Of a DNA stretch of 63,980 bases, positions 1-11,139 are shown piece after piece. Location of the stretch: the NCBI GenBank assembly GCA_051294375.1, contig CM119263.1, positions 8,974,278 through 9,038,257 on the forward strand, read 5' to 3'. The position numbers and the translations under genes are program-made. This stretch comes from Paraspadella gotoi. Its lineage: Eukaryota > Animalia > Chaetognatha. The notes below the pieces were generated by a model that searched no databases, was not told the DNA's origin, and saw nothing but the letters and a program-made list of their open reading frames with translations. Position 1 is the stretch's first letter, and each line of letters begins with the position of its first letter.

Positions 1-31
<31 letters not shown>

Positions 32-48
32 ATAAAAGAATGAAAGAA
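1..48. repeat. (GAAA)n microsatellite
   Basis: Direct run of agaa/gaaa units at the window start. Confidence 0.9.
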
Positions 49-2635
49 TGTTAGCAGCTCAGGGGTGAGAGGATTTCTTAGTGGTATTGTAAGAGTAGCA
101 CATTGGGCGCCACTCTATCTGGGATGATGGTATCTTGGGTCTAACTAACAAAGTCGTAAAGAAGAAGGCAAAAATATGTAGGAGAGTATATGTACTACTA
201 AAAGACAAAAAAAGACGTCAAAAACTGGAGGGGAAAATCGAAGGAGCGGAGAGGAGAAAGTAGGACACAATGAAAAATAACGTGGCGAAACGGTCTTATG
301 CTGATTTTGTACCTTTAAAATTGTTTCTGAGGCAAACTAATTGATTATTACNNNNNNNNNNNNNNNNNNNNNNNNNNNNNNNNNNNNNNNNNNNNNNNNN
401 NNNNNNNNNNNNNNNNNNNNNNNNNNNNNNNNNNNNNNNNNNNNNNNNNNNNNNNNNNNNNNNNNNNNNNNNNNNNNNNNNNNNNNNNNNNNNNNNNNNN
501 NNNNNNNNNNNNNNNNNNNNNNNNNNNNNNNNNNNNNNNNNNNNNNNNNNNNNNNNNNNNNNNNNNNNNNNNNNNNNNNNNNNNNNNNNNNNNNNNNNNN
601 NNNNNNNNNNNNNNNNNNNNNNNNNNNNNNNNNNNNNNNNNNNNNNNNNNNNNNNNNNNNNNNNNNNNNNNNNNNNNNNNNNNNNNNNNNNNNNNNNNNN
701 NNNNNNNNNNNNNNNNNNNNNNNNNNNNNNNNNNNNNNNNNNNNNNNNNNNATATTTTAGAGGTATTTTCAAAAACCTTATATAATTACTAAATTTTTCA
801 TTTTTTTCAATTCTTTCAAACAAAAACATCATAAAAACATAAAGAGAGAGATTGATTATTATTAAATTTTCTTTATTCCATAAATTGCTTATATTTTCAG
901 TTAAAGTAAAAAACAAGCAAAAATTTATGTTGTAGCTCAAAATATCTTTTTAAATATCAAAAATGATGAATACAAAAATGTTTTCAGCTTGATATAAACA
1001 GTCTGGACATCTACCTTTTTGTCTGTGAAAAAAAATCGTCATTTTCATTATCTTTAACTGCAAACTAAAAGCTTGACACACTGCTTGTTTATCATAATAA
1101 AGTTTTAAAAAAGTTATATAGCTGGTCACATATTTGACAAAGCAAGACATCATTGTGTTAAATTGTATTGATAATTTTTAAAAAAATATAGGAAAGAATT
1201 TAATTCTATTATTTATCATCTATTTTAATTAAGAAAAAATATTTCTATTGGAAAGAATTCATTGACTGACTTAATGATCAAATTTTTTAAAATTTCTTTA
1301 CTGCCCCCATTTCATAAGATAAAAAAAGGTCATGGTTATCATGTCAATAAATCCAGATTATCTGTACCCTTTCTGCAACCTGCATTCCGATTTTTTTTTT
1401 CCCTTTCAAATGTATTAAATAAAAAAAATTATTTAGAGAATAATCGGCTAGAGGATGCCTATTGTAAGCCTTAGTTACCCCACTTCCTGATCAAATTTTT
1501 AAATAAGGTTTTTCTCATCTATTTGAGACATAACACTTAACGATTGGTACTATTATTTTTTATTTNNNNNNNNNNNNNNNNNNNNNNNNNNNNNNNNNNN
1601 NNNNNNNNNNNNNNNNNNNNNNNNNNNNNNNNNNNNNNNNNNNNNNNNNNNNNNNNNNNNNNNNNNNNNNNNNNNNNNNNNNNNNNNNNNNNNNNNNNNN
1701 NNNNNNNNNNNNNNNNNNNNNNNNNNNNNNNNNNNNNNNNNNNNNNNNNNNNNNNNNNNNNNNNNNNNNNNNNNNNNNNNNNNNNNNNNNNNNNNNNNNN
1801 NNNNNNNNNNNNNNNNNNNNNNNNNNNNNNNNNNNNNNNNNNNNNNNNNNNNNNNNNNNNNNNNNNNNNNNNNNNNNNNNNNNNNNNNNNNNNNNNNNNN
1901 NNNNNNNNNNNNNNNNNNNNNNNNNNNNNNNNNNNNNNNNNNNNNNNNNNNNNNNNNNNNNNNNNNNNNNNNNNNNNNNNNNNNNNNNNNNNNNNNNNNN
2001 NNNNNNNNNNNNNNNNNNNNNNNNNNNNNNNNNNNNNNNNNNNNNNNNNNNNNNNNNNNNNNNNNNNNNNNNNNNNNNNNNNNNTTTTCTATTATAATTC
2101 TATGAATAAATATGAATAAGTAACATTATTAAAAAAAATATTATCTTTCACCCTATATTCAGTCATATCAAAAAAAAAAAAAAAGATTTTGCATTGATAT
2201 TTTGGATATCAACATATGAAATTATAACGTTTCAAAAAAACAGTGAATTTTTTTTATGCACGGAACAGTAACGTTACGCCATTTTTCATTGTGTCGTAGA
2301 GGAGAGAAGGTAAAAGCGAGGAAGTGAAAACTGGGTGAGCCTCGAGCCCTGGGTGCTGGGAGGAGGAAGAGGAGGATGAATGCATGGCTGACGAGACACG
2401 AGACTCGCGCTTGGGCTGGTTTGGTCGTTGGAAAGAATGTAAGAAAGAAAGAAAGAAAAAAAGAAAAAAAGAAAACAAGAAAAAAAGAAAAAAAGAAAAA
2501 CAGAAAAACAAATAGAAAGAAAGAAAGATAGAAGATAGAACAAAAAAAAGAAGAAAAAAGAGAAACAGAAAAAGTAAGACAGTGAGAGGCAGATAGTACA
2601 AAAGAATGGGATTAACCGGTAAATTGTAAAAAGAT

Positions 2636-2826
2636 ACTATGGCAACAGGCGGATTGCCTGTGCGGCCCATTGGGATGGGCTTTCGACCCTCAGCGAGGCC
2701 TTCAGATACTGGTGCAGTTACCCTCGGACGATCTCGCTTTGCCAATGCAGGTGGAAGTCGTTAGATTTGTGGATTGAACGCAACGCAGGGGATGATACAT
2801 TCCCCCTCTGAGCCAATGGGATCGGG
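2636..2826 (-). mobile_element. Putative tRNA-derived SINE (copy A)
   Basis: The minus strand has an A-box-like TGGCTCAGAGGG (2815-2804) and a B-box-like CGTTCAATCC (2780-2771), then a 25-bp segment (2662-2638) matching 8911-8935 at 23/25. It is a GC-rich island in AT-rich DNA. Confidence 0.5.
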
Positions 2827-3459
2827 TGAACGATTTTGGATGTGGGGCGGTGTGAATTTACCGCCACAATACATAAATTTGCAACGAAGCCCTATAACTT
2901 ATAATATGATAGTCTTGACACTCAGAACTGTAAAAATGAGAGGCCTTCTAATAATACATTATATTTATCACATAGTTAATCTTTAGCTTCTGTGTATAAA
3001 ACATAGGAAAATTAGCTTGACTAAATGATCGGGAAAAAAATTACATAAGGGGATAGGGGATGCGTCGTGATGATTGGTTGTATCCGATTTAATCCAATAA
3101 AATCTTATTTTTTTGTTGCTCTAGGAAGTTTTGGTATCTAAAAGGCATTTAAACGCAAGTCCGCGCTTCCGGGCTCCTCTCAAGAGTATTAACCATTCAG
3201 ATAAAAAAAATTCTTCAAATTTGTGAAATTAAGCTTAATTAACTAAGTCGATAAGAGAGAAATTCGAGATCAATCAAAGAACTACAGGGTCCTTCTATTC
3301 ATACGTAAAACCTTGAAAACAAATTTATCTTCAACTTATTAACTTTATCAATGAATGTTTAGAATAATTCGATCAACTCTCTAACGGAAGACAATTCCCA
3401 ATTTTTCTTTCCAAAGTAGCATATTGAAGAGACAGTAATAATTGTTATGTTAATGTGAC

Positions 3460-3760
3460 AGAACCGTTCAATATAAGCAGTCCCTGAGCTTTGGATCAGG
3501 CTGTAACACTAAGTTACAGGCGGGTTAAGCGCCCCGTCCTCTTAACTGCTAGGCGAACCACCGGGTTAAAATCCCGGACCTTTAGATTGGGAGGCGAATG
3601 ACTTGCCTCCGGCACCAATGGCCGCTGATGAACGGTTGGTGGATTTTAGTCCACCATAATATTGATTGAAACCTTGCAGGGACCTGCTATGTCATTATCT
3701 TGTAAGAGTGATGGAGGCCTTAAACCACCAAAGCCTGTCCAAAGTCAGGGGCAAGATAGC
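3460..3760 (-). mobile_element. tRNA(Gly)-like SINE candidate or highly structured element
   Basis: Minus strand 3625-3553 reads GCGGCCA..TTCGCCTCCCAATCTAAAGGTCCGGGATTTTAACCCGG..TGGTTCGC, resembling a degenerate tRNA-Gly(CCC). It is flanked by several consecutive short hairpins. Confidence 0.4.
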
Positions 3761-4800
3761 TTATTTATTAAATGAATGGATAATTTTTATATTGGTTGTA
3801 CCAATTTCATTAACTTTTCGCGAGGCATACGTATTAATTAAATCGGTCTTTGTAGATGGTTAAATCATTTCTGATTGGAATGGCAACATTTTTCTTTTTC
3901 AGTTTACACACGCTGTAATACGAAGGTTCTTTAACTGTTGGCCCAGAGGCCTTTATTTCTTATCTTGTGTTTTTTTAGGCTTTTATCCAAAATTAAAATG
4001 GGGCAACAGAATAAAAAAATGAGGATTTATATAATTTTCGATAACATGAAGACAAACGTGGAAAATCCTGTTAACTAATTTAATAATTATTATTCCAATC
4101 AAACCTAGTTTAGCTTTATTTGACTCGATGTTTTAGGCTTATTTAATTTAACTATTTGTTTAGTTATCTAAATATAGGTAAACTCAAATGAACGAGAAAT
4201 AATTATTTTTGATAAAAATCAATTTTTTGAACATCACGAATAATTTTTTTGAGGGTAGCTATACTAGTAAAATTCAAACAAAGTTGTGTAATTGAAACAT
4301 TTTTTTTAAAAATATTACATCCGCATTTTTTATTTTAAAACATAAAAAAGGAAAAATTATGAATGAAAATTAAAAGAAAGTAAAAGTAAAATTAAAGATA
4401 GGAATCATTCGTTTCCATTAAAAAAATTAACCAAGACAAATTATAAAATAGTATCTATTATCTAATAGGTTATATTGATGGTACCAATTTCACAGAATAA
4501 ATAATTAAACGAGTTGGTATTTTTTGTGTGTCTACCATGTTTTTTTTTTCGGCCAAAGCACAACCGAAAAGATTTTTCATCAAACTCGTACTCAGACTTA
4601 AAATTAAGACTAATAGTACGTAAGACTTAAATCAGTTAATGCCCAATAGGATTTGACCATATGATTTTTCCGCTCAGATTCAGTCGCCAAAACCATGTCA
4701 CCTAAAAAAAAAAATAGTTTAATCGATCGCATAGTTAACTCTGGTAATTAAATTAAATTGAGTTAATTAATTATGAAAACTATGATATAGTCACCTAATT

Positions 4801-5069
4801 CTAATTAGGGTCGGAAGTTTCGTTCTTGAGAAACGCCTCAAGAGAATCGTCGAATTCTTTCAGGAAGTCAGTGTGGTGCACAGGCGCCATCTTTCCCGTA
4901 TAGATCGATGCGTATGGTCGATCTCGACAGGTGAGCGGGTTCTTAAGGTAGTCGGGGAGGAATGCGTCGAAGATTTTGGCGATGGCAAAGAGGTCCTTCT
5001 GTCGGCGATTCGTTGTCGTTTTGGATCTCCACCATTAAATCGTACTAAACAATTATAAGAGAAAGCAGT

Positions 5070-5126
<57 letters not shown>

Positions 5127-7016
5127 AGAGAGAGAGAGAGAGAGAGACAATAGACAATAGACAATAGTAATTACTTGCGGCTTTAGGCACCTTGAGGGCC
5201 TTTAAAAGCTACCTATTTCTCTAGAATATTTACAAATTGTAATTGACTTTGAAACAAAAGTGCATCCCATTCTATACGGTCGGTTGAACAAACAAACAAA
5301 AAGTTCGTTATCTTACTTTGGCCTTAATTTTTTCCAGTTGACTCGCGCATTCGTCTTCTATTCGAAACCACTTGGCCGCGTCTTGCATCATGACAGCCAA
5401 GAGAGGGAGCTTTATTTTGCCGAATATGACGTTGACGGACCAGAGGGCGCTTTGCTCGTATAATTGGAAAGTACTGACTTTCGTGATTCCCATGTAGAAG
5501 ACTTTGGAGTTCCCGCCGTCCAAGAAAAGGCTCATCTTGTAAAGCGATGACGGCGACAGAACTCTAAAAAAAAGAGTCTGATTGAGTCAAATCAAAAAAA
5601 TATAACTTTTTGAAATAATGAAACATGAGATAAAAATATTTTCAGAAGCCATTTCTAGGAAAAGTGGTAATAAAGAATTAGTATTACCTTAATAAAATTG
5701 GTACAAGTAATATAAAAATTATAGTACGTATATTCATTCATTCATTGCCTTCGACTTCATGTTTATATATTAGTTCATAAGTTTTTGTTGAGAATTTGTA
5801 TTTGTATTTGTATTTTTTCGGTTTTTCATACCAGAGTTAAATTTTTGGTATGAAAATCGCAAAAATTGGAATAAGTTCATAAGTTGTGAATAGTTAAATA
5901 AAAATATAATGCGATATACATAAAGTACGAACAAGTACAATCCTTGATCAATTAAAACTTACCTCGTTTCGGTCTTCAGTCTCAACTCCTCCGACATAAA
6001 AGGAAAAGAAGCCACGTATCCCGTGCAGAGGATGATGACGTCGAAGATGCCCGTCGATCCGTCCTCGAACACGATTTCCTGTCCCTTGACTTCCTTCAAC
6101 AGCGGCCGCAGCTCGATCCGTTCCGGCAGGCTCATCTTGGAGACAATCGTCGACGATCGACTGGAAATGACGATTTGACTCGACCCGAACTTGAAGCACT
6201 GGATGGCGGCGTCCTGGGCGGAAAGGCTCCCGCCGACGACAAGAATTCTCTTCCCTTCGAATTCGGAGAAATGACGAAGCTCGTGAGAATGGAGGACGCG
6301 GCCGGGGAAAGAGTCGAGGCCCGGAAAGGACGGGGTGTTGGGGACGGTGTAGAGGCCGTTGGCGACGATCACATGACTGAACCGAAGGGGAGGGAGTTCC
6401 GCGTCATTCCGAAGATCCTATTTTGAATTGGATTATCTAACTATAACAAGGTTAGTATTAGTATTTAGAAAGATTAGTATTTTGTAATACAGAAGGCTTC
6501 TGAACTTTCTTAAAATTTGTGACAATTTAAGCAATTTTGGGGTCAGGTTTACTTAACAAAAGCTCCGAGTTTTTTCTTTACAAAAAAGCTTACTTTTACA
6601 ATTACTGTAAAATCATCCTCGTCTTGATTGTATTCAACTCTCTGAACCACGTGACAAAACTTGATCAACGGACGTATCCCTTCTCTCGCCCATCTGCCTT
6701 TGATGTAGTCCGCGATGACAGCACGGGGAGGAAAGCTGGGGACGGCTCGTCCAAAGTGGTCTTCGTAGGTGTAGTCGGGAAATTCCATGACCTCTTTAGG
6801 TTCGTTCACCCACAGATGGCGGTACATGCTGGCGTGGACGAGTTCCCCAAACTCGTCTACAGAGGTGCGCCAGTCGTAATTCCACATTCCGCCCCAGTCC
6901 TTTTGTTTTTCGAAGCAGGAGATCGTGGAGCCGTCCTGCAACTCCCTCTGCAGGCGAACGAAGTGCCGCAACACGGCGCATCCGGAAACTCCGGCTCCGA
7001 TCACGCAAATCTTCAT
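4801..7016 (-). CDS. Flavin-containing monooxygenase, bacterial mFMO/Tmm-like, paralogue 1 (4 exons: 7016-6594, 6417-5963, 5563-5317, 5044-4801; +1 frameshift early in the last exon, so possibly a pseudogene or sequence error)
   Basis: FAD motif GAGVSG; WGGMWNYDWRT..VHASMYRHLWVNEPKE; FMO signature FPGRVLHSHELR; NADPH motif GGSLSAQD; LCTGY; C-terminal HHTDFLKEFDDSLEAFL. GT-AG introns with compatible phases, except one extra base within 5044-4996. Confidence 0.9.
5072..5147. repeat. (AG)n microsatellite in FMO1 intron 3
   Basis: Direct dinucleotide run. Similar AG/CT runs occur at about 14617-14705, 15870-16062, 27413-27496, 35278-35342, 38700-38803 and 63097-63123. Confidence 0.95.
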
Positions 7017-7260
7017 CGTTTTAATCCGTTACGAAATTAGGGGATGTTTTCTGATAAGTCTTATCAGTTTTTGAATAAAACTAGAAAAGTCGAAAATTTC
7101 GACTGTCCTTTTGTTTGAAAAAAAAAGTTGTCTTACATATTGCATAATCGGGTTTTAAATTTAATTTAATCAAATTGAATTAAATCTTATTATAGATTAC
7201 AAAAGTTAATAATAATAATATATTCTATCATGTTTTGTTTTTTTTGAGAATATAAATAGA

Positions 7261-7332
7261 AGGCACAGACGGGGTTCGAACCCGTGATCTTCGGTTTACG
7301 AGACCGACGCCTTACCACTTGGCCACTGCGCC
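7261..7332 (-). tRNA. tRNA-Thr (anticodon CGT)
   Basis: Reverse complement GGCGCAGTGGCCAAGTGGTAAGGCGTCGGTCTCGTAAACCGAAGATCACGGGTTCGAACCCCGTCTGTGCCT. Acceptor stem GGCGCAG/CTGTGCC, anticodon arm TCGGT-CTCGTAA-ACCGA, T-loop TTCGAAC, 72 nt, no encoded CCA. Confidence 0.97.
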
Positions 7333-8261
7333 AGACGTATCCAATCCGAATTTAAAAACAATCATATAACTGTCATTGGCTCATTGCAATAGGGCCGAAG
7401 AGACCGTAAGGTCAAGTTGGTCCGGGCGATAATAAAAGTGGATCAGGAGAGATCTCGACTCACTTCTTTTCTACTTCTCTTACATCGTCACAATCCTTCA
7501 TCTTTTTCCCTACATTTATTTTCTACTATTTTCGTCGCCTCATATGTTTTTTTGTTTTTCTTTCATTTCGTTACGTTAAATGTTTGAGGTAGAAAATTAA
7601 ATATTTGTTGACATACGAGTTTATTTAAGCAACATTAAAAAACTCACATGTTTTGGCTTCATTGTAAGCTTCATAAGCGCAAAAAAAAAAATTACATACA
7701 TTTACATGTAAAGGAAAACATTAACATTAAAAAAAGTAAACTATGAAATGAAATGTGAAAGATAAAAATAGAGAATATGTAAAGAGAAAAAAAGTGAAAA
7801 ATAAGATAACGAAGGAGATCAAAATAAAGCTGGCCCCCTCCCTTTTTTGGAAAAAGGAAAGGCAGTGACAAAGAGACCGGGTCAGTGGCATGTCATAGGT
7901 CATCTGGATTTTGAGTTGCGAGGTTGACAGAGGATGTCATGTTGGGGTCAGGCAGAGATCCTCTCGGAAAATTACCAAGGGCCACTCTGTGCTGTGCTGT
8001 GCTGTGTTGGGCACAATTGGTTGCTTAGCAGCAAGATCCTGCTCCTCCTTCTGGGGGGGCGTTGGAGGGGATAATGTTTAAAATGAAACACGCATTTTTG
8101 TTAATTAACAACTACTCATAATTTTTTACCGGAGATAATAGTGTCAAGTAAGTATACTACGCATTAAATTAAAACGACAGACGTAAAATTTAACGTTTGC
8201 TCGAAATATATATTCATATTACATTAATATATTATCAGCAGTAAATTAAACAGATCAACAT

Positions 8262-10349
8262 TTAAAGTAGAAATCGTTCGAGCGAATCGTCGAATTCCTC
8301 CATAAAGGCCGTATGGTGGAGAGGAGAGGGATTTCCGGTGTTGTAAGACGAATAAGGCACATCGCGATATTTAAGTGGATTATTGTTGTATTCTTTTGTG
8401 TACGCATGAAATATTTCGAGTACGCCCGATAAGTCTCCAGGGTCAATTCCAATTTCTTCCATCATTTCCTTTCTCAAGGCGATCTGAAAGAATATAAACA
8501 TTACTCTGCCTCTCGAATTAAAGAAATCGGAATTTAAGAGTGTCTTGATTTAAAGCTCTCGCTATGTTTTTATCTTGCAAGAGTTAGGGAGACTTAGTCT
8601 ACCATAACCCGTCCAGAGACAGGGGCAAAATAGCCTATATTGATTGTACCAATTCCAGAAATGACAGTATTGTGGTTTTGTGGCAGCAAGACTTAAAGCT
8701 GCCTCACTGCTATCTGTCCTCAGCCTCGTCTCAATGGCTGAGCAGGCTAAATCATCTCATTCCAACCTTGCGTCCCGGGTTCAATCCCTGGGTATCCCAG
8801 TTCTGGCTTAAATGTGACGGTGCCGGTATAAACATGCCAATGACAGGAGGCGATCACTTAGGGTCCCCAGCCCCTACGCCAGTTGGTGAGATACCCCGCG
8901 CCCTGGGTATCACAGGCAATCCTCCCGTTGCCATAAGTGGTGAGTCCATCAACATCAACTTACCCATATCATTCAGATTAAAAAATATTCTGGCAAGATT
9001 CTAGCAAGATTTTTACTACCTTCGCTTTTATCTTCTCCATTTTGTCATGACAATCTCTTTCAATTTGATCCCACTTTTTCGCGTCTTCCTTCATCTCCGT
9101 CAACGAAGGCAACGCCCGTTTCCCCAGTATAAAGTGAGCCGCCCACAATCCAAACTCCTCCAGGCCAAAGAAGACGTTGTGCGTCGTCATCCCGAGGTAG
9201 AAGACCTTCTGGTTTCCGCCGTCGAGAAAAACTGCTGATTTGTAGAGCGAAGACGGAGACAAGATTCTGTTCTCGCTCTTCAGCCGCAGACCTTCGCTCA
9301 TGAAAGGAAACGAGAGGAGATATCCCGTGCAGAGGACGACGACGTCGAAGCGGCTCGTCGACTCGTCCTCGAAAGTTGCTTCGTTTTCCTCGATCTTCCG
9401 CAGCGCCGGCCGCTGCTCCACGCCCTCCGGCCAATCGACTTGGGAGTGGCTCGTCCGCCAGGAGATCACGACCCGCTGCGACCCGAACTTTACGCATTGA
9501 ACGGCGAAGTCTTCGGCGGAGTAGCTGCTGCCAACGACGAGGATACGTTTGTTTTTGAAGGTCGTGAAGTCGCGCAGCTCGTGAGAGTGGAGGGTGAGGC
9601 CAGGGAAGGCGTCGAGGCCGGGGAAGGTCGGGCTGTTGGGGACCGAGTAGTGCCCGTTGGCCACGACGACGTGAGTGAAGCGTTGGGGAGGAAGTTCCAT
9701 GTCTTTTTGTAGATCCTTAAAAGAAATATGTGGTATCTAAATTAAAGTTTAAATAGTAAACGACAAAAAAATATAAATAAATGTTTTATTACGTAACATA
9801 ATATCGATTATGGTTTTATAATTTAAGAGATTAAGTTACAATATAAAAAAAAATATCTTTGTACAACGTTTTTGTAATATTTGTTTTTCAAAAATTAAGC
9901 ATTAAAAAAAATTAATATCTCACCTTCACGATCACCGTGAAATCATCGGATTCTTCGTTGTACTCAACCCATCGGACGACGTGACAAAATTTGATCAAAT
10001 GGCGAATCCCTTCCTTCGTCCATTTTCCATCGAGATAGTCCGCGATGACTGCCCTCGGAGGGAAGCTAGGAATGGCTCGTCCAAAGTGGCCTTCGTAAGT
10101 GTAGTCAGAAAACTCCATTATTTCTTTGGGTTGATTAACCCAGAGATGGCGGTACATGCTGCCATGGACGGGTTCGCCGAATTCGTCCGCGCCGGTGCGC
10201 CAATCGTAATTCCATATTCCACCCCAAGTCTTTTGTTTTTCGTAGCAAACGATCATTGGTTCAACCCCCTTAGATTTTGCCATTTGAGCCAAGTGTTTGG
10301 TCACTCCGCACCCTGTAATACCGGCTCCAATCACGCATACTCGGGTCAT
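8262..10349 (-). CDS. Flavin-containing monooxygenase, bacterial mFMO/Tmm-like, paralogue 2 (3 exons: 10349-9924, 9715-9020, 8483-8262; about 447 aa, intact)
   Basis: GAGITG; WGGIWNYDWRTGADEFGEPVHGSMYRHLWVNQPKE; NGHYSVP; FPGLTLHSHELR; GSSYSAED; LCTGY; C-terminal HHTAFMEEFDDSLERFL. Both introns are GT-AG, phase 0, and the frame is continuous. Confidence 0.95.
8718..8960 (+). mobile_element. Putative tRNA-derived SINE (copy B) inside FMO2 intron 2
   Basis: A-box-like TGGCTGAGCAGG (8735-8746), B-box GGTTCAATCC (8778-8787), and the core CACAGGCAATCCTCCCGTTGCCATA (8911-8935) shared with the element at 2636-2826. Confidence 0.55.
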
Positions 10350-11139
10350 TTTATTCGAAATATGTCGTAATTATGGATTTAAAAATAATTAATTTCACGT
10401 CAAAAGTCACGATCTCCGATAGGCGTTTTTAAATTAATGATTGTAGGATTTTTTTTATTTCACATACGAGGCTTCGTTGATCCAATTCAAAAACTTGGGA
10501 TAGAAGTCAACCGTTTGAGTCTTTAAGATAAGAAACAGGTTTTCAGATTTCGTAACGGTGAAATTAGCGATGGGATCAGCTAATAACTTTTTTTTTAAAT
10601 CCTTGACACAAGATTTTGCCTGTAATAAAGGACAAGAATTTTAGTCGGCGTTTGACAAAATATTCTTTGTCCTTTAGCTCAAACTCATTTTTAATTGAAT
10701 TAATAAAATTTGTAAAACAAAATATGTTGTTTTAGGTCTTCGAAACGTTTGTCGTCGCTAGTAGTAGGCGCGTTTATTCGACTTGAAAAAATTAGACAAA
10801 AAACGAGGAAGTTTAGTGGTATCGAAGGAAAACCAAAAATAAAAACAAAATCTCATTTAAAAAATTATATGTCCGTTTCATATGAGTATATATCAAATTG
10901 GAAGCAATTGTTAAAAAAGTGTTTTAATTTTAATTCTTAATTAACTGCGATCTCTCATTCTCGTGCAACATTTTTCGATTGTTATGTTTCATGCCAGTCC
11001 TCAGCCCTCGCGACTGCATCTGCTAACGACGAAAACAAGTTCAAAAAGATGAGGGCAAAAATGTTAATAGCATAACATTTTACCAACGTCAAAAGACGAG
11101 AAATGCTTAAAACTAAATCTAACGTACACTTATTTCACA
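10350..11139. promoter_or_regulatory. Divergent (head-to-head) intergenic region between FMO2 and the WDR88-like gene
   Basis: The start codons at 10349 (-) and 11140 (+) are about 790 bp apart. No specific promoter elements were identified. Confidence 0.4.

Noticed and set aside
296-2119. Long ORFs containing X runs (also 36402-36999 and 57860-63686)
   Set aside because: They are open only because they cross N gaps.
3626-3690. Possible hammerhead ribozyme (CTGATGA ... GAAA)
   Set aside because: Stem II does not close next to the core, and no UH cleavage triplet follows the putative stem III.
4801-10349. Bacterial contamination as the source of the Tmm-like genes
   Set aside because: Both genes have canonical spliceosomal introns and are contiguous with clearly eukaryotic sequence.
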